Source of the DNA: Treponemataceae bacterium
Lineage (GTDB): Bacteria; Spirochaetota; Spirochaetia; Treponematales; Rectinemataceae
Direction: 5' to 3'
Length of the DNA: 64,000 bases
Assembly (NCBI GenBank): GCA_963678065.2
Contig: CAXXVZ010000003.1
Location: forward strand, 1,440,001 to 1,504,000
In this document: positions 1-9,729 of the stretch, one piece after another
How positions within the stretch are numbered: the first letter of the stretch is position 1
Layout of the letters: every line of letters starts with the position of its first letter
Notes under the pieces: generated by a model
Database searches by the model: none
What the model was told of the DNA's origin: nothing
What the model saw: the letters and a program-made list of their open reading frames with translations, nothing else
Translations under genes and position numbers: made by a program

Positions 1-1
1 C

Positions 2-385
2 GTGATCAGGTACGAGGGCCCCAAGGGCGGCCCCGGCATGCGCGAAATGGCGCGGCTCATGAAAATGCTGTATGGGCACAACCTGGCCTTGACGACAGCT
101 GTCGTCACCGACGGTCGGTTTTCCGGCACCAACAACGGCTGTTTTGTCGGGCATATTTCCCCCGAAGCTTCCGAGGGCGGCCCGATAGCCGCGGTGAAAG
201 ACGGCGACACTATCCGCATCGACATCACCGCGGGGACCCTGACGCTGGACGTCTCCGACGAGGAGATCCGGAATCGTCTTTCCACCTTGAAAAAACCGGT
301 CAAGGACATACCGCGCGGCTACCTCAATGTCTATGCGCGCCTCGCTGAATCGGCCGACAAAGGGGCCATAATCCGGAACCGGTAG
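2..385 (+). CDS. IlvD/Edd-family dehydratase, C-terminal part (truncated by window edge)
   Basis: IRYEGPKGGPGMREM, TDGRFSG, VGHISPEA and SADKGA motifs typical of IlvD/Edd C-termini; context suggests a sugar-acid dehydratase. Confidence 0.9.
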   Translation: MIRYEGPKGGPGMREMARLMKMLYGHNLALTTAVVTDGRFSGTNNGCFVGHISPEASEGGPIAAVKDGDTIRIDITAGTLTLDVSDEEIRNRLSTLKKPVKDIPRGYLNVYARLAESADKGAIIRNR

Positions 386-434
386 GGTCGCCGGATCGTG
401 GAATCATACACAACAATGCAGAAGGACATCTGAC

Positions 435-1394
435 ATGAAAGACAAAGTGCTCGTCACCGCCACCAATTATTCGAAGTACTGCGCCCGCGCAAAAGCCCTG
501 CTGGAGAGTCGCGGCTTCGAGATCATCGAGAATGAGTTCGGAAGACCCATGACCTTCGATGAGCTCAAAGTCCGGATTCCGGAAGTCTGCGGCGTGGTCG
601 TCGGCGTCGATACATGGAACGAAGAAGTTTTCAGGCTGGCGCCCAAGCTCAAAGTGATGGGGCGTTTCGGCATCGGCGTCGACAACATCGATCTGGCCGC
701 GGCCAAGAGGCACGGCATCAAGGTCATGAACGCGCGCGGCATCAACGCGGATTCGGTCGCGGAATACGCGGTCGCCCTGATGCTCGCGACGCTGCGGAGC
801 ATTGTCAGGATCGATCGCTCGACGCGGGGCGGACAGTGGGAAAGAAGCATGGGGCACACGATCAGGGGCAAAAAAGTGGGATTCGTCGGATTCGGCGCCA
901 TCTCTCAGTACACCGCGAAACTGCTGTCCGGCTTTGGGGCCGAACTGTATGCCTTCGATATGTACCCGAACAAGGAAGCGGCGGTCCGTCTCAACGTGAC
1001 CATCACCGACTTCGATGCGATAATCCGGGATTGCGACATCATCAGCCTCCACGTTCCCGGCAGCCCGGAAACGACAAGGCTCATCGGCAAAAAGCAATTC
1101 GACGCGATGAAGCGCAATGCCATTCTGATCAACACAGCCAGAGGCCAGGTAGTCGATGAGAAGGCGCTATGTGAGGCTCTGAAAGAGGGGCGGATCGCCG
1201 GTGCGGGGCTCGACGTGTACGAATCCGAGCCGACGAACAAGTCGAACCCTCTTTTCGCGCTGGACAACGTCGTCGTCGGGCCGCACACGGCCGCGGAGAC
1301 CTACGAGACCTACGACGCTGTCAGCGTGGCCACGGCAGAGGCGATACTCGACGTCATGGCGGGGAAGGATCCTCAGAACTGGCTCAATCCCTAA
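435..1394 (+). CDS. D-isomer-specific 2-hydroxyacid dehydrogenase (SerA-like)
   Basis: GxGxDNID, GFGAIS Rossmann motif, INTARG, LDVYESEP, PHTAA; SD-like AAGGA upstream. Confidence 0.9.
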   Translation: MKDKVLVTATNYSKYCARAKALLESRGFEIIENEFGRPMTFDELKVRIPEVCGVVVGVDTWNEEVFRLAPKLKVMGRFGIGVDNIDLAAAKRHGIKVMNARGINADSVAEYAVALMLATLRSIVRIDRSTRGGQWERSMGHTIRGKKVGFVGFGAISQYTAKLLSGFGAELYAFDMYPNKEAAVRLNVTITDFDAIIRDCDIISLHVPGSPETTRLIGKKQFDAMKRNAILINTARGQVVDEKALCEALKEGRIAGAGLDVYESEPTNKSNPLFALDNVVVGPHTAAETYETYDAVSVATAEAILDVMAGKDPQNWLNP

Positions 1395-1395
1395 G

Positions 1396-1419
1396 AGGTA
1401 TGGCCCCGCCTGCGAGTCA
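1396..1419. repeat. Short dispersed repeat, partial copy, in a convergent intergenic gap
   Basis: AGGTATGGCCCCGCCTGCGAGTCA resembles 3537-3561, 20789-20814, 38859-38882 and 45747-45769. Confidence 0.55.
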
Positions 1420-2310
1420 GTACAGAGTCAGGCACTTCTTGAATTCTTCGGAGAAAACCGCGAGCTCATCGGCCGGGATGTCCAGAAGGGGTTTCCGCAT
1501 GTGGCCCATGTCGAGACCCCTTATCTTGAGCCCTTCCTTGAAATACGACATGTTCGAGCCGCATTTTATCGTCTCGGCGCCGAATGTCGCCTTCTTCTGC
1601 CACGCGGCGGCTTCGTCGAATTTTCCTGCCGTGTAGGCTTTGTAGACATTGGAAAAAAGCTCCGGGAAAACGCTCGAACAGCCGGACACGATGCCGTCGC
1701 AGCCGAGCATCAGGGCGGCGAACATCAGCGTGTCGGCTCCCTGCACGACGGAGAAATTGTTGTTGTTGATCCGGGTGTAGTGGACGGTCCTGTTCATGTC
1801 CGCCAGGCTGTATTTGATGCCGATCACGTTCGGAGCCCGTTTCACGATCCTCTCGACAACCTCGGGCTTCAGATCATTGCCGGAGAGCTGGGGGATATTG
1901 TACGTGTATACGGGAAAATCCTCGGGCAGGCTTTTCGCGACCGCCACATAGTACTCCTCCATCTCGCGGTCGTTGACCTTGAAGTAACTCGGAGAGACGA
2001 CGCCGACGCCATCGGCGCCGATCTCGTGCGCGTGGCGGGCGAGCGCGATCGTATCGGCCTGGGACATGGCTCCGACATGTATGTAGGCTGTCCGCCTTTT
2101 TTGGTTCCGGGACACGACAGTTTCCGCCACCAGCTTCCGCTCTTCGACCGACATCAGGTACATCTCTCCGGTCGTGCCGAGAGGATACAGGCAGTTGACT
2201 CCGCCTTCGATCAGAAAATCGACATGCCTTTTGATGGCAGCCGTGTCCACTCTGTCATTTTTGTCAAAAGGTGTGACCATCGCGGTGATTACGCCATGAA
2301 GTTTCTTCAT
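1417..2310 (-). CDS. DapA/NanA-family class I aldolase (possible 2-keto-3-deoxy sugar-acid aldolase)
   Basis: GTTGE motif, YNIP tyrosine, Schiff-base lysine in IKYS. Confidence 0.88.
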   Translation of the reverse strand: MKKLHGVITAMVTPFDKNDRVDTAAIKRHVDFLIEGGVNCLYPLGTTGEMYLMSVEERKLVAETVVSRNQKRRTAYIHVGAMSQADTIALARHAHEIGADGVGVVSPSYFKVNDREMEEYYVAVAKSLPEDFPVYTYNIPQLSGNDLKPEVVERIVKRAPNVIGIKYSLADMNRTVHYTRINNNNFSVVQGADTLMFAALMLGCDGIVSGCSSVFPELFSNVYKAYTAGKFDEAAAWQKKATFGAETIKCGSNMSYFKEGLKIRGLDMGHMRKPLLDIPADELAVFSEEFKKCLTLY

Positions 2311-3362
2311 AATTCCATCCTCTCCTTCGCTTGTTCGGAGGAAATAAGTCTGACGCTCTCGCGGACGATCAGCATGCCTCCGACCAGCACTTTCTCCGGC
2401 ATGGTGTTCGGATCGCCGGTTATTCTTTCGATCAGGTGCTGCATCGCCCTCCTGCCGATCTGATGCTTGGAGACCCTGATGCTTGTGAGCGGAGGCTCCG
2501 TGATGGCGCTCGAAGGCAAGTCATCGAAGCCTATGATCGACACATCCTCCGGGATGCGGTAGTTCATATTTTTCAGGGCTTTCATGCACCCATAAGCGAT
2601 GATGTCGTTGACGCAAAAAAGCGCTGTCGGAGGTTTTTGCCCCGCAGACAGAAGCCTGGTCATGTCGGCGAACGACTGCTCGAAGGTAGAATCCACGGGA
2701 AAAACAAATTCTTCCCGCACGGGAATGGAAAAATAATTCATCGCTTCCCGGAAGTCGGTTTCCCGCACTTTCAGATTTCGCGTTTCGTAAGTGCTCTTCG
2801 CGATACCGATATCGCGATGGCCAAAACGGTAAAAATGCTCGACGATTTTATAAATTTCATCCGTATTGCTCATATTGATGCAGTCGAAGGAAGAAAACGG
2901 ATTGAAAGTGTCTATGAACACGAGGGGCAGAGTCAGCTTGTTGAATTGATCCATGTCATCGAAATCGAGTTCGGTACCGAGAACGACGATGCCGCTTATC
3001 GCGGCGTCCTTCACGGACGCTATGATGTCGACGATGGACACTTTGTTGAAAAAGGCGACTTCGAGCTGATAGCCGTGACTTTTAGCCTGAATTTCCAGCC
3101 CTTCCAGATAATCGGCTATGAAGGCGTTGTGGCTGGAATTGACGATATGGCCGGTCTTGGCGATCTTCAGGACCCGGATCGTCATGTTCTCGGCCCGTTT
3201 CCTTTTATACCCGCTCACACCTTTGTAGCCGAGTTCATTGGCCATCGCGATGATTTTGTCCCGCAGCTCGGTGCTGACACCTTGCTTGTTGTTCAGCGCC
3301 AGAGAAATGGTTGCGGGCGATACATTCATCAATTTGGCTATATCGACAATTCGTGTTGCCAT
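2307..3362 (-). CDS. LacI-family transcriptional regulator
   Basis: N-terminal IVDIAKLMNVSPATISLALN HTH; C-terminal PEDVSIIGFDD and PPLTSI. Confidence 0.92.
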   Translation of the reverse strand: MATRIVDIAKLMNVSPATISLALNNKQGVSTELRDKIIAMANELGYKGVSGYKRKRAENMTIRVLKIAKTGHIVNSSHNAFIADYLEGLEIQAKSHGYQLEVAFFNKVSIVDIIASVKDAAISGIVVLGTELDFDDMDQFNKLTLPLVFIDTFNPFSSFDCINMSNTDEIYKIVEHFYRFGHRDIGIAKSTYETRNLKVRETDFREAMNYFSIPVREEFVFPVDSTFEQSFADMTRLLSAGQKPPTALFCVNDIIAYGCMKALKNMNYRIPEDVSIIGFDDLPSSAITEPPLTSIRVSKHQIGRRAMQHLIERITGDPNTMPEKVLVGGMLIVRESVRLISSEQAKERMEL

Positions 3363-3373
3363 GATTTTTGGAT

Positions 3374-3402
3374 ATCATAGACCTGCTTATTTGATCTGTC
3401 AA
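3374..3402 (-). promoter_or_regulatory. Sigma70-type promoter of the LacI gene
   Basis: TTGACA-17 nt-TATGAT on the minus strand, 11 nt before the ATG. Confidence 0.75.
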
Positions 3403-3509
3403 TCATTACTTAATTTTAGATTTTTTTTAGTATTTTTCAGTTCAACGACAATGAACGGACCCCGGAGCACTGCTCCGAGGTATCGTTCGTTCTGTAAGGA
3501 ATGGGTTGT

Positions 3510-3561
3510 ATGCGGGTCCATACCCGACAGAGCTTCGGGGTATGGACCCGCATGCGAATCA
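3510..3561. repeat. Perfect 16-bp inverted repeat containing a copy of the dispersed repeat
   Basis: ATGCGGGTCCATACCC (3510-3525) pairs with GGGTATGGACCCGCAT (3538-3553), followed by GCGAATCA. Confidence 0.75.
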
Positions 3562-3848
3562 TAAGCGGCACAGCCGAAGGCGCCGAGGATGGCAAAAACA
3601 GTCTTCCGGTGAGTCGACGGCACGAAGCGGGATCACCGCGGACCGGCGCAATCCCATTCTTCAAAAGAGTGCCGCGAAGATCCCAACTAGTCAGAGATTA
3701 TTTTGTTAGTATTAATTAGTGAATTTTCCACACAGATCGTAGAATAGTGAAGAATCGAGCGAGAATAATGCAGAGACAGCGGGACAGGATCGTCATAGAA
3801 TCTGTTTGAACGATGCGGCCGGCACGTTTTCGGAACAAAGGAGAACAC

Positions 3849-5156
3849 ATGGGCACCAATTCTTCGGATTTTCGATATAATACGGGCGCAACCAGAGTAC
3901 CCTGGGCCGCCGTCGGCGAATCATACAATGCGGACGATGTCATGGAAGTCGTGGAATTCCTCGTCCAGGGCGATGGGACTGAGTACCGCGAGGCTCTCGG
4001 CGACGTGGCGAAGGCCGTGCATGCTCTGGGGAAGCTGGGAAATCCTCCCGGAAAACTGTCTCTCGGGAACACAGTCTCTGCGCTCGAGCGGCACGTTGAC
4101 CAGTACCTCGGCGTGCAGGGGAGCACCTTCATCACGAACGCGACGGCGGGCTTTGAGATCGCCTTCCGCTACGCCAACCTGAAAGAGGGCGACGAAGTGA
4201 TCATCCCGGCGATCACCTTCATCGCGACCATGTCGTATCCGCTCTCCGTGGGGGCGAAGGTCGTTCTCGCCGATGTCGATCCGAAGACGCTCAACCTCGA
4301 TCCCGCAGACGTCGAGAGGAAGATCACGAGCCGCACGAAGATGATCGTGCCCGTCCACATCGGCGGGTATCCGGTGGACATGGACCCGATCATGGAAATC
4401 GCCAGGAAACACGACATCCTTGTCCTGGAAGACGCCGCCCATGGCTTCGGGGCCACCTACAAGGGCCGGCCTCTGGGAACCATCGGCCATTTCGGCGCCT
4501 TCAGCTTCCACGAAGTGAAAAACATCACCTCCTTCGGGGAGGGCGGAGTCCTCGTCTCCAGCCTGCCCTTCCGGGACGAACTGAAAAAGGCGAGATTCCT
4601 CGGCCTCAACATGGCCCGCCAGATTCCCGACTGGCTCTACGATGTCGATGCGCTCGAGGGGAAATACGGGCCTTTCGTCGCGAACAATTCCTCCAGCACC
4701 GAGATGCAGGCCCTCGGGCTCATAAGCCAGCTCAGGCGGGTCGACAGAATCATCGCGAAGCGCCGCGACAACGTGCTGTATGTGAACGGACGGCTCGGAA
4801 AATGCGATGCGCTCCGGGTGCAGCCCGTCGGCGCCGAGGGGTGCAACCCGTCCTACCACCTGTATCTTCTCCAGGTGGATCCTCGGGCGGCCGGGGCGGA
4901 TGTCAGGGTCCTCCGTCAGAAACTGGCGGACAAGGGCGTAACTTCGATCCCTCACTTCGCGCCCCTGTACAAATTCGCGGTGATGAAGCAGCTCGGCTAC
5001 GACTGCGAAGGAATCGCCGCCTCCTGCCCCGTCGCTGAGGACGCCTTCCTGCACCGTTTCACGCACCTGCCGATCTACGGCCTCTCCACGGAGCAGCTCG
5101 ACTACATGTGCGATGCGATCCTGGAATCGGTCGACGAAATGCGGGCGGAAAAATGA
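3849..5156 (+). CDS. DegT/DnrJ/EryC1/StrS-family PLP-dependent sugar aminotransferase
   Basis: GDEVIIPAITFIAT, EDAAH, SFHEVKNITSFGEGG (PLP lysine); start set at the ATG after AAGGAG. Confidence 0.9.
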   Translation: MGTNSSDFRYNTGATRVPWAAVGESYNADDVMEVVEFLVQGDGTEYREALGDVAKAVHALGKLGNPPGKLSLGNTVSALERHVDQYLGVQGSTFITNATAGFEIAFRYANLKEGDEVIIPAITFIATMSYPLSVGAKVVLADVDPKTLNLDPADVERKITSRTKMIVPVHIGGYPVDMDPIMEIARKHDILVLEDAAHGFGATYKGRPLGTIGHFGAFSFHEVKNITSFGEGGVLVSSLPFRDELKKARFLGLNMARQIPDWLYDVDALEGKYGPFVANNSSSTEMQALGLISQLRRVDRIIAKRRDNVLYVNGRLGKCDALRVQPVGAEGCNPSYHLYLLQVDPRAAGADVRVLRQKLADKGVTSIPHFAPLYKFAVMKQLGYDCEGIAASCPVAEDAFLHRFTHLPIYGLSTEQLDYMCDAILESVDEMRAEK

Positions 5157-6370
5157 GTTTCTCTGTCGGGGAATCCGGGGCAGTGCGTCTGCGCGGCGCA
5201 CTGAGCGGAAGAGAGCGGGTCCGCGAGGCCATGGCCCACAAAGAGGCTGACAGGGTACCCGTGTTCGATGTCGTGAACAATCCGGGCGTGTACAGGGAGC
5301 TTCTCGGCGCCGAAAATACCTTTTCCGATGGCCCGCCCGCAGTCCGTCTCGCACGGGAACTGGGGCTCGACGCGGTCATGGTGCCTGCGGGCTGCTACAC
5401 CGGCCTCATCAAAAAAGAGAACGAGTGGGTCTCGAAGGATACCTTCAGGGATCGCTTCGGCGCACTGCACAGGGTCATGGAGTCGTCGTGGCCTCTCGGC
5501 GTCGCGGTGGGGGAAGTTCCCCTGGACGCCGCCTTCGCCGATGTTTTTTGGGGGATGGCTGCCGTCAGTCCCGAGGACCTCAGGGCCGTCCGCGAGGCCG
5601 TCGCGGCGGCTCACTCGCCAGGAAAGGACGACGAAGACGAGATCGCCCTCTTCGCAGGTCTGCGGAGCGCCTTCAGCCACCTCTACATAACGGGCGGAAT
5701 CGTCGCCCTGTCCATGCTCATCTACGAGGACCCTGACCTGTTGCACCGCCTCGTCAGGCTCTCCACCGATTTCTGGACCGAAGTCGGACTGCGCGCGATA
5801 GAGGCTGGGGCGGACGCCCTGTATGTCGCCAACGACATGGGCATGAACGGCTCCACGCTGATCTCCCCCGAACATCTGCGGGAATTTTTTCTCCCGGCCT
5901 TCCGCGAACAGTGCGCTGTCTGGAAGCGGGCGGGGGGCAGAGTCATCCTGCACTCCTGCGGCAACATCGAGGCCATCCTTCCCGACCTCGCCTGCATGGA
6001 GATCGAGGGACTCAACAACCTGCAATCCCACGCGGGGATGGACATCGGGCGCGTCAAAAGCCAGTACGGCGGGAAATGGACCTTGTTCGGCAATGTCGAC
6101 GCCACCGAGGTCATGACCTCGCACGATCCTGAACGGATCGAGAAGGCTGTCCTCCAGGTACTGTCGGTGGCCGGCCACGGCGGCGGACTCGTGATCGCCA
6201 CCGACCACTCCTTCCACAAGGGTATCCCCCTCGAGAACGTGCGCCACTTCATCCACTGCGCGAAGCAGCACGGGCGCTATCCCCTGAGACTTCCGGCGGA
6301 GGATCTTTCTTCCGGAGCTTCGGCCGACTCCTCATCCGGGATTCCGCCGGAACAGGACCCGAGGTCATGA
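5153..6370 (+). CDS. UroD/MtaA-CmuA superfamily protein 1
   Basis: RERV..A..H.EADRVP N-terminus, DMG, ILHSCGNI, GNVD; ATGA overlap with upstream gene. Confidence 0.82.
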   Translation: MSFSVGESGAVRLRGALSGRERVREAMAHKEADRVPVFDVVNNPGVYRELLGAENTFSDGPPAVRLARELGLDAVMVPAGCYTGLIKKENEWVSKDTFRDRFGALHRVMESSWPLGVAVGEVPLDAAFADVFWGMAAVSPEDLRAVREAVAAAHSPGKDDEDEIALFAGLRSAFSHLYITGGIVALSMLIYEDPDLLHRLVRLSTDFWTEVGLRAIEAGADALYVANDMGMNGSTLISPEHLREFFLPAFREQCAVWKRAGGRVILHSCGNIEAILPDLACMEIEGLNNLQSHAGMDIGRVKSQYGGKWTLFGNVDATEVMTSHDPERIEKAVLQVLSVAGHGGGLVIATDHSFHKGIPLENVRHFIHCAKQHGRYPLRLPAEDLSSGASADSSSGIPPEQDPRS

Positions 6371-7473
6371 CCCCGAAGAAGGAATTTCTCGAGAAGGTCA
6401 GGGGGAGCCGCGTTGGCCCTCCCCTCGTCGCCCCCTACATGGGGAATTTTTCCATCGCCTGGTCAGGGATGAGCCTCTCCGCGTGCTACAAGGACGCCGC
6501 GAAGCTCGCCTGCGCGCAGCTTCGCGCATGGGAGCGCTTCGGACAGGATGCCATCGTCGTTCAATCCGACAATTACTACATGGCGGAGGCCTTCGGGGCT
6601 CCCGTCTCGCACGACGAGGGCTGCATGCCGGTTCTGCGCGGCGCTGTCGTGGAAAACCCCGACGACATAGGGCGCCTCGTCCCCGTCGACCCGCGCGTGG
6701 GCGGAAGGATGCCCGTCTACATCGAGGCGATCGCGAGGGTGCGCGAATCCGCCGGTCCGGATGCCGTGATACGGGGATGCGGGACGGGGCCCTTCGTGCT
6801 CGCCGCTCACCTCTGCGGCATCGAGCGTCTCCTCATGTGGATGGCGGAGACGGATTCGGGCCTCGCCGATCACCGCGCCCGACTCGACGAACTCTTCAGC
6901 CTCGGTCTCGAGACCCTCGTCGCCTTCGCGACCGCCCAGCTCGAGGCTGGCGCCACGATCGTCCAGCTGGCCGATTCGCTCGCCTCGATCAACGTGATCT
7001 CGCCCGACATGTACCGGCGTTACGCATTTCCTTACGAGAAACGCTTTTTCGAGGCGATGCGCGGACCCTGCGAAAAGCACGGAGCCCTCGCCCTCCTCCA
7101 TATCTGCGGCGACAATACCCGGGTCTTCGAGGACTTCGTCGCGACGGGGGCCGACATCATCTGCGTCGACCACGCCGCCAGCCTCCGGACGGCCAGGACT
7201 ATTGTCGGGGACAGAGCTTGCCTCATCGGGAACATGGACCCCGCGGGGAATCTCCTCTGGGGAAGCCCCGACGAAGTCTACCGCGAGGCGACGGGCCTTT
7301 TCGATGCGGGCTTGCCCGGGAAGTACATTCTCGGTACGGGCTGCGAGGTTTCGGTGAAGACACCGCCTGAAAATCTGGATGCGATGATACGCGCAGCCCG
7401 CGAGTACGATTGGGGACAGTGCTGCGGAGTCGGCTGTGCCGGCTGCGGACCTGAAAGAGAAGGTGCCCGATGA
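6367..7473 (+). CDS. UroD/MtaA-CmuA superfamily protein 2 (methylcobamide methyltransferase-like)
   Basis: AEAFGA, GRMP, GPF, LHICG, GNMDP, GTGCEV...TPPEN (H-x-C...C zinc motif); ATGA overlap. Confidence 0.85.
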   Translation: MTPKKEFLEKVRGSRVGPPLVAPYMGNFSIAWSGMSLSACYKDAAKLACAQLRAWERFGQDAIVVQSDNYYMAEAFGAPVSHDEGCMPVLRGAVVENPDDIGRLVPVDPRVGGRMPVYIEAIARVRESAGPDAVIRGCGTGPFVLAAHLCGIERLLMWMAETDSGLADHRARLDELFSLGLETLVAFATAQLEAGATIVQLADSLASINVISPDMYRRYAFPYEKRFFEAMRGPCEKHGALALLHICGDNTRVFEDFVATGADIICVDHAASLRTARTIVGDRACLIGNMDPAGNLLWGSPDEVYREATGLFDAGLPGKYILGTGCEVSVKTPPENLDAMIRAAREYDWGQCCGVGCAGCGPEREGAR

Positions 7474-8624
7474 CGCACAGGGAAGCCGTCGTCGCAGCTC
7501 TGGCGCACAGAGGCACAGGTTTTGTGCCCTACGACCAGTCGAGTCGCTCCTCGGCTATAGAGCTCGAGGCCTATGTCGCCCTGAAAAAGTGCCTGGGATA
7601 CGATTCGCCCAGCACGTGCTTCCTGCGCTCCCACGCGGAGCTGGAAGAGCCCGTCATGGAAAGGCTCGGGATCGACACACAGTTCCTGCGCTCCGTTCCC
7701 GCCTCGGCGTGGCACAAGGACGGCAAAGATGGCAGGGACGAGGTCTTCGTCGATTCCTGGGAGGTTCCATGGCGCAAACGCGCCGATTCTCCGTACTACG
7801 AGCTCGACTTCTCGCCTCTCGCGGAAATGGATCCCGAGAGGGTCCTCGCGTTGGAGTGGCCCCCCCTCGTGACCGGGGATATGGCCGCCGACCTGAAAAA
7901 GAAGGCCGATGTCTGGGGCCGGCGCGGATACGCGCTCTTCTGTGATCAGATCGGCGCAGGCATCTTCGAGCGGGCCTGGTATCTCCGGGGCTTCGAGCAG
8001 ATGCTGACGGATCTGGTGCTGGAGAAGGACTGGACCCACCGTTACTTCGGGAAGATTCTCGAACGCCAGATCGAGGGTTACGCCGCGGTCTTCGACGCGG
8101 TGGGCGACTCGATACTCGGTGTCCTCATGACCGACGATATCGCGACGCAGGACAGCCTCATGATGTCGAGAGAAACCTACCGGGAGATGCTCCTCCCCTA
8201 CCACAGAGACCTGATCGGGTACATCCGCAGCCGGGGTGGCAAGGTCATCTTCCACAGCTGCGGAGCGGTGTATCCCTTCATTCCCGATCTCATCGAGGCA
8301 GGAGTGGAGATCCTCCATCCGATCCAGAGATCCGCAGCGGGCATGTCGCCGGAGAGAATCAAGCGCGAATACGGCGCGGATCTCGTGCTCTGGGGCGCAG
8401 GCTGCGATACGGCTTCCCTTCAGAAGGCTCGGCCTGACGAGATTCGCGACGACGTTCTTCGCTCCCTCGACGCGCTCTCCAAGGATGGTGGCTTCGTCTA
8501 CACGACCACGCACTGCATCCAGCCAGGTACGCCGCCTGAGAACATTCTGGCCATGGCCGACGCGCTCGCACAGTGGAACGGGAGGACCGCAGGCGCGGAA
8601 TACACGGGGGCGCACCATGCCTGA
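7470..8624 (+). CDS. UroD/MtaA-CmuA superfamily protein 3
   Basis: GIFERAWYLRGFE, DDIATQ, FHSCG, HCIQPGTPPEN; ATGA overlap. Confidence 0.85.
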   Translation: MTHREAVVAALAHRGTGFVPYDQSSRSSAIELEAYVALKKCLGYDSPSTCFLRSHAELEEPVMERLGIDTQFLRSVPASAWHKDGKDGRDEVFVDSWEVPWRKRADSPYYELDFSPLAEMDPERVLALEWPPLVTGDMAADLKKKADVWGRRGYALFCDQIGAGIFERAWYLRGFEQMLTDLVLEKDWTHRYFGKILERQIEGYAAVFDAVGDSILGVLMTDDIATQDSLMMSRETYREMLLPYHRDLIGYIRSRGGKVIFHSCGAVYPFIPDLIEAGVEILHPIQRSAAGMSPERIKREYGADLVLWGAGCDTASLQKARPDEIRDDVLRSLDALSKDGGFVYTTTHCIQPGTPPENILAMADALAQWNGRTAGAEYTGAHHA

Positions 8625-9729
8625 TCTCCGCGTCGGAAGAGTGGAACTGGAGCGCGTGTGCGCCTCTGTCTTCGCCGCGCTCGGAATGCCCGGAAACCAG
8701 GCCGAGGATTCGGCGCGGGTTCTGGTGGCGGCGGACGCGAAGGGCATACAAAGCCACGGCGTCGCGAGGCTCTGGCGCTACGTCAACGGCATCAGGACGG
8801 GCGTGATGCGCCCGACCACCTGTGCCGTCTGCGTGCACAGGACGCCCATGTCCTTCGTGCTCGACGCGCAGGGAGGGATCGGCCTCTCCGTCGGCGTGGA
8901 AGCGATGCGGGAAGTCATAACCCTCGCACGGGATCGCGGCGCGGCATTCGCGTCTGTCCGCGACTCGAACCACTTCGGCATCGCGGGTTACTACGCGGAG
9001 ATGGCCCTGCCGGAGGACATGATCGGCATCGCCATGACGAACACGGCCGCCCTTGGCGTCCCGACCTTCGGCTGCGACGCGATGTTCGGAACCAACCCGA
9101 TCGCGGTCGCCGTCCCGGCCGGGAAGGAGGCTCCCTTCGTTCTGGACATGGCGACGACCGTCGTCACCCGGGGAAAAATCGAGACCTGCGAGCGGGAGGG
9201 CGCGCCTATACCGGCGGGCTGGGCCGTCGATACGGCCGGACAGACCACAAGGGATCCGCGGTCTCTGCTTCTCGACATGCTCTACCAGCGCGGCGGAGGA
9301 ATCCTGCCTCTCGGCGGCGAGGGAGAGAAGTTCGGCGGCCACAAGGGCTACGGATTGGGAGTCCTCGTGGACATCATGACCGCGCTCACTTCGGGTGGCG
9401 TCTTCGGAAAGGCAGTCATGGACAGCGAGGCGACATCGGCGCGCGTCTGCCATTTTTTCGGCGCCATCAGGATCGATCTGTTCCGCGAGCCTGCCATCTT
9501 CAAAGCCGACATGGACAGGATGCTCGGGGACTTGCTCTGCGCAAAACCGGCGGAAGGACAGGACGCTGTCCTCTATGCCGGGCTGAAAGAATACAGGCAG
9601 GAACAGGAAAGCCGGCGCTTGGGCGTCAGGCTATCGGGAAAGGTCTGGGAACGGCTGTCGGGAATCGCGCGCGACATCGGCGTGGTTCTTCCAGACGCCA
9701 TCGCGGAGGAAATTGTATATGGCAGATAA
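8617..9729 (+). CDS. Ldh_2-family (malate/L-sulfolactate/ureidoglycolate dehydrogenase-like) oxidoreductase
   Basis: SHGVARL, NHFGIAGYY, GTNPIA, LDMAT, GGHKGYGL motifs. Confidence 0.9.
   Translation: MPDLRVGRVELERVCASVFAALGMPGNQAEDSARVLVAADAKGIQSHGVARLWRYVNGIRTGVMRPTTCAVCVHRTPMSFVLDAQGGIGLSVGVEAMREVITLARDRGAAFASVRDSNHFGIAGYYAEMALPEDMIGIAMTNTAALGVPTFGCDAMFGTNPIAVAVPAGKEAPFVLDMATTVVTRGKIETCEREGAPIPAGWAVDTAGQTTRDPRSLLLDMLYQRGGGILPLGGEGEKFGGHKGYGLGVLVDIMTALTSGGVFGKAVMDSEATSARVCHFFGAIRIDLFREPAIFKADMDRMLGDLLCAKPAEGQDAVLYAGLKEYRQEQESRRLGVRLSGKVWERLSGIARDIGVVLPDAIAEEIVYGR

Noticed and set aside
5153..8624. hemE (true uroporphyrinogen decarboxylase)
   Set aside because: The HemE RQAGR motif is absent and there is no tetrapyrrole gene context.
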